Shown here in pieces: positions 27,601 through 33,472 of a DNA stretch of 64,000 nucleotides. The position numbers and the translations under genes were made by a program. Numbering within the stretch: the first letter of the stretch is position 1; every line of letters starts with the position of its first letter. The notes beneath the pieces were generated by a model. It was given only the letters and a program-made list of their open reading frames with translations. It ran no database searches and was not told where the DNA came from. The DNA lies in the IMG/VR virus record IMGVR_UViG_3300032116_000009; one strand, written 5' to 3'. The stretch is from a virus (Duplodnaviria > Caudoviricetes).

Positions 27601-30600
27601 ACATCTGTACATGCAGTTGTACTGGAAACACCTACGTTACCTCCACCTCCGTTATATGTTTCTGGTCCACTAGAAACATTCAAATTCTTATTTGTGAGAA
27701 GATTTGTAATAGCTCTTCTCATCTGAGTTCCAGCTTGTTGGAATCCGTAAATTGTTTGTTGTTCTTCTCCAGCTAAACTGGTAGTTCCTACACCAACAAA
27801 ATAGAATCCTGTGAAAGCTCTTGCATAATTATTACCACCAGTAAAGACATCAGTAGAGACTGCATCAACAAAGTATCCCAAGTCTCTCTGACACTTAGCT
27901 GAAGAAACTCCAGAAGACCAAAGTGTTGGGTATTGAACGGATATTGCAGTTAAAGCGGTAGCAACAATCTCACTCTTATTAATTTGGATTAATCTATAAG
28001 CATCATAATATCTGGAATCTTCTGTAGTTGATGTGACTCCAGGGCCTGGAACATAGAATCCTGTTGGGAATCCAATAGCAATAGATGCGATTGATTTATC
28101 TACGATTTCTTGTTTGTTAATCTGGATTAACTTATAAGAATCATAATATCTGGATCTTTCATTAGTTTCTTGTTCACCTGGGAAGTAGAATCCAGTTGTA
28201 GCAGCAAGAGCTACAGATGCAAGAGACTTATCAATAATTTCTTGACGGTTGCCAATGATCAGATTTCTAGCATCTTTAGATCTATGGAAGTAGTTTGTAT
28301 TTGTATTCTCTGGATCATCAATAATTGTAAAATCAAAAGTTTGAGATACTGCAGTCTGATAAAGGGTTGGTGGCGACTGGTTATTAATAATATATTGACC
28401 AAGGAATTTAATATACTCATATGCAAAAATAGCCTCTTCTTCTTCACCTGCAACATATGAAGTAGCACCAGACCAATACGCTAATCCAGCTTCTCTAGAC
28501 TTGGAATTTCCACCAAATCTAATATCATAAGCTAATGCATCTACAAGATATCCAATATCTCTTTTACAAATTACTGGATCATAATCCATCAAACGAGTTG
28601 AAATATCCTCATAGTTGAATTCAAGATAAGCTACTACTTCTTCTTTAATGAATTCTTTGTTGGATTCAATTAAATTACCAGCATCAAGGTATCTTTGACC
28701 AGGAATGATAAAGCTATCAAAAGATGCTAATTGTGATGCCCTCTTAATGGTTTTAACTGGAAGAGTTTTACCATCATTTGCGTCATCACCATTAACTGAA
28801 GAAACATAATATCTGTTTTCATACAATCCAGTACCAGTTGCAAATCCCAGAGTTCCATCTGCATTTAAACCAAGTAATTGTCCATTCTGACCTAATGTTG
28901 GTGGTAAAACCAAATCATAATTGGTTGCAATTCCAAGTTGTGATGTCTTAAATGTAACGTTATTTCTAAGAGAAGTAAATGTATTAATTCCAGAAACTTG
29001 AACATTCGTAAATACACCGACGTTACCGGTAATACTGTTAACACCGCTTACATTATTATTGTTTCCATTTATTGTTACTGAAGACGATCCAATTGTTAAA
29101 ATTCCAGTAATTCTTGCATTACCAGTTACAACTAAACTTGTATTACCAGTACCAATTCTAACATTACCAAGTGTAGAAATACCACTTACATTGATGTTTG
29201 TTGCACTTAAGTGAGTAACGAATCCAAGAGTTGCATTTAAATTATCTACGTTACCATTAACAATATTAACATTTTGTCCTATTAGTGAACTTGCGTTTGC
29301 ACTGGTTATAATACCAGAATTAATATATGCAGTATTAATATTAAATGCAGTCGCTACCGCTGTTGTAATTCCAAGATAAGTCGCAATTCCACTATTTACA
29401 TTTAAAGTATTGACAGTAGCAGTTGTTATATTTGCATTTGTTATAATACCTGCATTGATTTTTGCTTCATTAGTTACACTACTAGTAATTCCAAGATAAG
29501 TTGCAATACCGGCGTTAAGATAAAGCAGGTTAGCAGAACCAGAAGTAATTCCTACATTTGTAATAATACCTGTATTAACATAAGAGGTTCCTGAATAAGA
29601 AACTCTTACATCCAAATAAGTTGCAACTCCAGTGTTTACATTTAATCTATCAATAGTTGCGGTAGTTATTCCAGCAGAGGTAATTACACCAACATTGATG
29701 TTTGCTCTATCAGTTAAACTAGTTGTAACACCGAGATAAGTTGCAAACCCAATGTTTATATTTGCTGATCCAATATATGCAGTGTTTATATGAGCAGTTG
29801 TTACAATACCAGTATTAATATTAGCTTGATTTGTATATGAAGTGGTAACATTCGCATTTGTTATTGTTGCCGCAGTAATTACACCAACATTAATATTAGC
29901 ACGATTTGTATAAGATGTAGAAATACTAGAATTTGTTACTACTTCTGAATCTATTATAGCCGAAGTAATAATTCCAGTATTAATATTAGCCACATTACTA
30001 TATGATGTGGTGATGTTGGCATTAGTTATTATTGCCGCAGTAATCACACCAACATTAATATTGGCTTGATTTGTATAAGATGTTGAAATTCCTGCATTTT
30101 GAATTGTTGCATATTCGATAGATGCATTAGTAATGATGCCACTATTAATATTAGCAGTATTAGTATAAGAATTCGTGGCATTTATATTAGTAACCGTAGC
30201 CGCAGTTATGAATCCTACGTTAATATTAGCTACATTAGTGTATGAACTTGTGATGCCTGCATTAGTTATTACTGCAGATGTTAAAATACCACTATTGATA
30301 TTAGCTTGATTTGTATATGAAGTAGTGATATTTGCATTAGTGATTATAGCACCAGTAATAATTCCCGTGTTAATATTGCCAGAGTTTACATATAGTGTTG
30401 AAACAGATCCATTAGTTATCGTCGCGGCGGTAATTAAACCTACGTTAATATTAGCTTGATTTGTGTATGAAGTGCTAATATTCGCATTAGTTACTATTGC
30501 ATTTGTTATAGTTGCATTAGTAATAATACCACTATTAATGTTAGCTACATTAGTATATGATGTAGTGATTCCTGCATTAGTTATTATGGCTTCAGTGATG

Positions 30601-33422
30601 ATACCACTATTGATATTAGCTTGATTTGTATATGAAGTAGTGATATTTGCATTAGTTACTGTAGCCGCAGTTATAAATCCTACATTAATATTAGCTACAT
30701 TAGTATAGGACGTAGTAATATTGGCATTAGTCGTTACTTCATTTGTTATAGTTGCATTAGTGATAATTCCACTATTAATGTTAGCTACATTAGTGTATGA
30801 TGTGGTGATTCCTGCATTAAGAATAGTTGCATATTCAATAGTTGCAGCAGTAATAATACCACTATTAATGTTAGCTACATTAGTATAGGACGTAGTAATA
30901 TTGGCATTAGTGATTATAGCACCAGTAATAATTCCTGTATTAATGTTGCCAGAATTGACATATAGATTTGAAACTGATCCATTAGTTATTGTTGCTGCAG
31001 TGATAATACCAGTATTGATATTAGCTGTATTTGTGTAAGAGGTTATAATATCTGCATTAGTTACTACTGCCTCAGTAATTACACCTACATTGATATTAGC
31101 TCTATTTGTATAAGAAGTAGAGATTCCTGCATTAGTAATAGTAGCGGAATCAATAGTGGCTGAAGTAATAATTCCACTATTAATGTTAGCTACATTAGTA
31201 TATGATGTAGTGATTCCTGCATTAGTTATTATGGCTTCAGTGATGATACCAGTATTAATATTGGCCTGGTTTGTATAAGAGGTGGTAGTAAAGGAGTTGT
31301 CAATAATACTAGTCTGGCCAGTTAACGAAGTTACAACGCCAAGATTAATATTAGCTACATTAGTGTATGATGTGGTAATATTGGCATTAGTAATAGTTGC
31401 GCCAGCAATAGTAGCCGAAGTAATAATTCCACTATTAATATTGGCTACATCAGTATAAGACGTGGAGATTCCAGCATTAACAATAGTTGCAAACTGAGTA
31501 TTAGAACTTGTAATTCCCGCTTGACTAATCGTAGCTGATGTTATAATTCCAGTATTAATATTGGCTTCATTAGAGTAAGATGTTGCAACAAATGAAAATG
31601 AGGTTATTCCAACATTAATATCTGCCGAACTAATAGTTGCACTAGTAATAATGCCAGTATTAATATTAGCAATGTTTGTATAAGAGGTGGAAATTCCAGC
31701 ATTAGAAATAGTCGCACTAGAAATAGTAGCTGTAGTAATAATTCCACTATTAATATTGGCTTGATTTGTGTAGGAAGTGGTAATATTGGCGTTGGTAATA
31801 GTGGCACCAGTAATCGTAGCTGTAGTAACAATACCGATGTTAATATTAGCTTGATTTGTATATGATGTTGTTATACCAACATTACCTATGGTAGCATTAG
31901 TAATAATACCTGTGTTAATATTAGCTTGATTAGTGTAAGACGTGCTAATATTAGCATTAGTTACGGTAGCACCAGTAATTGTAGCAGTAGTAATGATACC
32001 ACTATTAATATTAGCCGTATTTGTATAAGAATTCGTAGCGTTTATATTAGTAACAGTAGCTCCACCAATTGTAGCAGTTGTGAGGATACCAATATTGATG
32101 TTTGCCTGATTAGTTGTAGATGTCTGTACATTAAGGTTAGTAATTCCAGCACCAGTTATGGTTGCAGAAGTAATGATACCAATATTAATCCTAGCAGTAT
32201 TAGTATTGGAATTAGTAATATTGGAACCTAAAATTATAACACTTGTAATAATACCGGTATTGATATTAACATCATTTGAATATACGGTAGTTGCATTTAA
32301 ATTACTAACAACTGCTGAATTAATTGAGGCTGTAGTAATAATACCCGAATTAATATTAGCTTGATTTGTATATGATGTATCACTGAATAGTGTATTGACA
32401 ATTGCCGCAGTACTATTGATATCGCTTGTATCAATAAAATCGGAGTATACTCTTGGAATATCTGCTCTTCCGGCTTTTGGATTACCAATTACAATATTAT
32501 TATCAGTGATAGGAGGAGGTGTAAGAACAAAGTTGTAATCACGAGTAAGTCCTATGGTTGTTCCAGCGAGTGTCTGTGTAGCATTTGTGGATATAGTTAT
32601 TGTAGTTGTAGTCTTTGAGACTACAGTAGTACCTGCGGAAATATTAGAAGGACTATCTAAATCTTCAACAAACGCTCCAATTTCAACTTGAGCAGTATCG
32701 AGAGCGCTTACACCAGCAATTACATTACTTCCTGCTGTAGTATTTCCAAGAATATCTACTTCGCCAGAGAAAGGATTTGTTGCCCCGTAGGTTAATTGGA
32801 TTTGATCTATTCCTACAGAAAATACTTGTTCATCCGAACGTAAGTATTGCCCAGTAATTCCATATCCTACGCTAATACTTGCAGTGTTTATTCCAATAAT
32901 ACTAAAAGAACTTGGGAATTCAAATCGACCAGTCTTATTAACAAGACGACTTGCGAAATTATCAGCTAATAATATAATATCAGATCCAAATCCTGTAATA
33001 ATTGATGTACTTCCTGTCCCTAAAGTTACACCAGCTCCAATTGTTACAGTATCGCCTTTTCTGAGTCCTAAAGTAGCAATTCCTAATATTCTATTACTGG
33101 AAACAGCGGATATTATTCCAGTTTTTGTTAAAAGAAATCTTTCATTTATATTTAAATATTCTGAGTTTACAGAACCACTAATATCAGCATTACCAACTAC
33201 GACTAATTCAGAATTTGCAACTGTAGTTCCGATTCCTATTGATGTTTTATTAACAATAGTTTGTGGTGCTCTGGTTCCAACTAGAGGGTGGCCACCTACA
33301 GTACTACCATCATGAACAACACCCACATCAAGAGTGGTATCAATTGTTAATTCTCCGACAGCACCAGTAAATGATGCGTGTTCTGCACTTGTCCCTCTTC
33401 TTAGCTGTACCTGCTTAGTCAT
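18690..33422 (-). CDS. Giant tail fibre / receptor-binding protein (4910 aa)
   Basis: N-terminal Mtd_N-type anchor (QVQLRRGT...FTGAVGELTIDT...VVHDG...GGHPL); pentapeptide-repeat shaft; pectate-lyase-like beta-helix; pyocin-knob-like domain ending GSGLDADLLDG; C-terminal Peptidase_S74-type chaperone (SDIKLKTNI...LRGVEY...HQIGVVAQEVEEVIPELV...VAYGNMVAVLIEAIKEQ). Own CTAAATA box at 33459-33465. Confidence 0.9.
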   Translation of the reverse strand: MTKQVQLRRGTSAEHASFTGAVGELTIDTTLDVGVVHDGSTVGGHPLVGTRAPQTIVNKTSIGIGTTVANSELVVVGNADISGSVNSEYLNINERFLLTKTGIISAVSSNRILGIATLGLRKGDTVTIGAGVTLGTGSTSIITGFGSDIILLADNFASRLVNKTGRFEFPSSFSIIGINTASISVGYGITGQYLRSDEQVFSVGIDQIQLTYGATNPFSGEVDILGNTTAGSNVIAGVSALDTAQVEIGAFVEDLDSPSNISAGTTVVSKTTTTITISTNATQTLAGTTIGLTRDYNFVLTPPPITDNNIVIGNPKAGRADIPRVYSDFIDTSDINSTAAIVNTLFSDTSYTNQANINSGIITTASINSAVVSNLNATTVYSNDVNINTGIITSVIILGSNITNSNTNTARINIGIITSATITGAGITNLNVQTSTTNQANINIGILTTATIGGATVTNINATNSYTNTANINSGIITTATITGATVTNANISTSYTNQANINTGIITNATIGNVGITTSYTNQANINIGIVTTATITGATITNANITTSYTNQANINSGIITTATISSATISNAGISTSYTNIANINTGIITSATISSADINVGITSFSFVATSYSNEANINTGIITSATISQAGITSSNTQFATIVNAGISTSYTDVANINSGIITSATIAGATITNANITTSYTNVANINLGVVTSLTGQTSIIDNSFTTTSYTNQANINTGIITEAIITNAGITTSYTNVANINSGIITSATIDSATITNAGISTSYTNRANINVGVITEAVVTNADIITSYTNTANINTGIITAATITNGSVSNLYVNSGNINTGIITGAIITNANITTSYTNVANINSGIITAATIEYATILNAGITTSYTNVANINSGIITNATITNEVTTNANITTSYTNVANINVGFITAATVTNANITTSYTNQANINSGIITEAIITNAGITTSYTNVANINSGIITNATITNAIVTNANISTSYTNQANINVGLITAATITNGSVSTLYVNSGNINTGIITGAIITNANITTSYTNQANINSGILTSAVITNAGITSSYTNVANINVGFITAATVTNINATNSYTNTANINSGIITNASIEYATIQNAGISTSYTNQANINVGVITAAIITNANITTSYSNVANINTGIITSAIIDSEVVTNSSISTSYTNRANINVGVITAATITNANVTTSYTNQANINTGIVTTAHINTAYIGSANINIGFATYLGVTTSLTDRANINVGVITSAGITTATIDRLNVNTGVATYLDVRVSYSGTSYVNTGIITNVGITSGSANLLYLNAGIATYLGITSSVTNEAKINAGIITNANITTATVNTLNVNSGIATYLGITTAVATAFNINTAYINSGIITSANASSLIGQNVNIVNGNVDNLNATLGFVTHLSATNINVSGISTLGNVRIGTGNTSLVVTGNARITGILTIGSSSVTINGNNNNVSGVNSITGNVGVFTNVQVSGINTFTSLRNNVTFKTSQLGIATNYDLVLPPTLGQNGQLLGLNADGTLGFATGTGLYENRYYVSSVNGDDANDGKTLPVKTIKRASQLASFDSFIIPGQRYLDAGNLIESNKEFIKEEVVAYLEFNYEDISTRLMDYDPVICKRDIGYLVDALAYDIRFGGNSKSREAGLAYWSGATSYVAGEEEEAIFAYEYIKFLGQYIINNQSPPTLYQTAVSQTFDFTIIDDPENTNTNYFHRSKDARNLIIGNRQEIIDKSLASVALAATTGFYFPGEQETNERSRYYDSYKLIQINKQEIVDKSIASIAIGFPTGFYVPGPGVTSTTEDSRYYDAYRLIQINKSEIVATALTAISVQYPTLWSSGVSSAKCQRDLGYFVDAVSTDVFTGGNNYARAFTGFYFVGVGTTSLAGEEQQTIYGFQQAGTQMRRAITNLLTNKNLNVSSGPETYNGGGGNVGVSSTTACTDVQNTIVSLVGIVTAAIGVGNTSGLPAVNYGDFDLNVIGYGMTEGIWKCARDTGFFIDAVSTDVFTGGNNYARAFTGFYFSNVGNLLADGLAGETAESNYVFESARDYMKKAVTNQLNSRDLTITADPVTGFNTDPNSCSNVRSTIDTLTGIVTTAVGSGSTAGIGATTNYGYFLVNSTYNVSDFVGIGTTNVVGGRKCARDLGYIVDAVAQDISYGTNQHILYATKKYFDGAGAARTDGLLGEEVISAYAFQSLGTYAKRAVTNWLNYQDLSIQNDVSVGSTNKDVNVCANIRSNIDNLVGILTTAVISGSIVGIATTNLGLTDCADVRSALVNYVGIITTIVGLGTTAAPALVAPGTQSQPVCIIVEAGNYVEDNPIILYDDVAIVGDNLRNTIIRPANAGKDLFRVRNGIYLTGFAMKDAIDLAGVPQNTFDYAVAFDDPSDNLTSRAGYATKLDKPTITRSPYIQNCSILSFLGGNGMLVDGNKVLTPNVPLISEEVEVGPDAIQPEQGKSMVAAAFTMVSFGGIGWRVINDGYSQVVSCFQIFCRYGSLAQSGGYLSITNSATNFGLYALRSTGYSRNSFIFDRGRVAATGTSGGLQTLKAVGYGRSDVENYILRFFDGNGVDRTSQFKPAVTVKEFNGATGVGLTENTITITTHGFNNADPVIYNGDEQVIPNRIVGGLVNDNQYYVVYIDADNFKLAEDESLNTIVDLTSLSTGIHTITKSTQDFFVKEIIDSHNSYQKLTLAGVGSTASFVSGRLISQTVVGGTATGFAVTYNNTTRELIVALELSSGVRRNFSVTNGTTVLNINDHSPSPISIGVSAVVGLTTYWTVEFKTDSTIAGTLVQNIGTLPEVYKLHFHRPSIVNSSSHTWEFSGSGIDYNALPQNGGQTDPRSEQVSELGGRVYSSGTNELGDFKIGDSIVAYNRTGNIIFNNTVTIGTLDSIRLSLSGGNVIEEFSTDTDLGDNEIGGPKHSRVPTQLSTRSFLNNRLGDFIDKSVSTNAIPNAVVQLNSIGQINADLIPPKTVNYYKSSVDGGRTQLVNYIPATSLVSGDTVVEPTDSFVLITDTVGQYLVLNNSTVYNFLNGDEVVSVTSGGGAIGVVTAPPRIGVGLGTTTLSFPNVGYGTTGLVRGVPLTLNSLVGGSGYNNPGIYTGVRLDTSTGIGTGITATITVGVSGTVTNVAINTGGYKFAVGDVLTLNNPTPIGGRTGGSNFTVNIATVETRLYLALSNGQKFPGSSALSDFVSDRNAVAISTNIGIGYTVTFTPTDISVGGSVDFANDRIVVGSGHSFVDGDPVIYRSGGGTPIGPLLDTTTYYIKTVGLTSVQLYSTYALVTIKDLTSSGTLTHSLSRVGVNTLTDQITFKNHGLSQGEAVKVTGNTPTGITTGSFYFAGSVTTNSFTFHETRAAALASINGLLLNTVSLAGGTINSAVGIMTLTEQNVEYSRTVNTSSSDTNNWSLLSVGSLDASNIITGTLSPSRLGSGTANDQTFLRGDSSYQKVITSVGIGTTQPIGVTATSSELAPGGVGVNTYYGNINITLNRAQTSSDEYSTLGVSRFKSSTFTVGTDGAISIKNSVTGDVDAATLGGQNSAYYLDILNSTGTLPVTRGGTNLTAAPSLGFTLLGNGSSYTLTGSPEFAGVVGAGFTVLIDKDISFANSSNWTGNKAAKIQYFNGSLYNQYTTNWILRNSGGTDVVTVSVAGTGTFTGAIQATRFTSTQATGTAPFTVSSTTLVTNLNADLLDGKNTGTSGNTIPLLDGSNTWSGTQLFSSSFEAEAKTKDDITTRTKSGFWQTDTATTAEGWPQTTNTWYHLLSSTHSNTANYYAMQFAGSFYNSNDIYYRSTNGSGTTAWNKLWHQGNDGSGSGLDADLLDGLNSSTTNTVSTIVSRDAWGGFSAGIVTATSFVGPLTGNVTGNLTGNVTGNLTGNISNTVTGTATTELVRGNMADNDFFRILIGGTTSNAGYVEIATADDGTEPIYVRQYSGTFTSLQRTATLLDGSGNTTFPGIVTATRFISNVSTGTAPFTVTSTTQVTNLNASLLEGYSTDSANTASRIVLRNVLGGFAAGIVTATSFVGPLTGNVTGNVTGNVSGTAGGLSGTPSITINALTATSAVVGTNVVLNSTGINVTGIITATSFVGPLTGNVTGNATGLSGTPSITINALTATSGVVGTNVVLNSTGINVTGVVTATSFVGPLTGNVTGNATGLSGTPSITVNTITATSGIITSIELGNLTDTTITRASAGRIAVEGVNVVTVSSTDTLTNKTIAAGSNTISGLTNANLSGSAGITNANLANSTISGVSLGSNLNTLTLNTSGTGLSGSTTYNGSGAVTFTVTSNATSANTAGAIVSRDASGNFSAGTISATTFSGGAGTFSNNVTINDGGASSNTTAFGTYKRLVFDNSFNDAARGPNKITLYNDGSTWAGGFGIHSDTVSYYSGGTHRWYKVNSQTSFSEILTLTAAGALTAASTISATRLISTVATGTAPFTVSSTTEVTNLNAALLNGFSSATTNTGNTIVRRDASGNINGNTITGTTIVGGTGTAIGGGGLVVNGTTGDNDSQLIIKKPSQSSFGVLTWDGIVFLSSNIYYTDGSWVHSAPAGNNNNQLFLLQPGSGARWYASNNATGSWNVASNLELWNDSGTWQRPLANTLTMNTSGTGISGSTTYNNSGAATFTVTSNATAANTASTIVARDAFGNFNAGIITATFSGTFNGSINGNATGLTGTPSVTVNALTATSATIGTNVIVNSTGIRVTGVTTSTGGFVGALTGNVSGNVTGNVTGNVTGNLTNTVTGTNTTELVRGNMADNDQFRILIGGTASNAGYVEIATADDGTEPIYVRQYTGVFSTLTRTATLLDGSGNTTFPGTVTAQSDIKLKTNINTIEKALEKVLKLRGVEYDRIDMNGEHQIGVVAQEVEEVIPELVFETEDGTKSVAYGNMVAVLIEAIKEQQSQIEDLKNQINELKK
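18995..19225 (-). repeat. Copy 2 of an approximately 230-bp intragenic duplication (copy 1 at about 21570-21800)
   Basis: Both copies encode TELVRGNMADNDxFRILIGGTxSNAGYVEIATADDGTEPIYVRQYxGxFxxLxRTATLLDGSGNTTFPG with clear nucleotide similarity. Confidence 0.9.
20947..21400 (-). repeat. Tandem 165-bp (55-aa) coding repeat, about 3 copies
   Basis: GTGATACT(T/C)GG(T/A)GTTCC recurs at 20947, 21112 and 21277; unit GLSGTPSITINALTATSxVVGTNVVLNSTGINVTGxxTATSFVGPLTGNVTGNAT. Confidence 0.9.
29170..32430 (-). repeat. Degenerate pentapeptide (15-bp) coding repeat array, about 1085 aa
   Basis: Parses as ANINS/GIITT/ATITG/ATVTN/ANIST/SYTNQ in higher-order units of 20, 25 or 30 aa. Confidence 0.9.
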
Positions 33423-33472
33423 AGTACGACTACTTTCAAACTACTACTTTCTCTGATATATTTAGAGCAATT

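Noticed and set aside
19138-32364. Many plus-strand ORFs in the track (for example 20695-21459, 254 aa; 19138-19593)
   Set aside because: They are antisense shadows of the repetitive Thr/Gly/Asn fibre gene, whose codons yield few stops on the other strand. They have Val/Pro/Ala-biased nonsense composition, and no promoter or RBS support was seen.
29170-32430. CRISPR-like array
   Set aside because: The repeats are degenerate, in-frame and coding, with no constant repeat plus unique spacer structure, and no cas genes.
18690-33422. Diversity-generating retroelement target (Mtd-like N-terminus plus a duplicated approximately 230-bp segment as a possible TR/VR pair)
   Set aside because: Mtd_N is only the anchor domain, and the C-terminus is an S74 chaperone rather than a C-type lectin VR. 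Both repeat copies are in-frame coding, and the differences are not adenine-specific (T/C third-position changes are present). No reverse transcriptase in the window.
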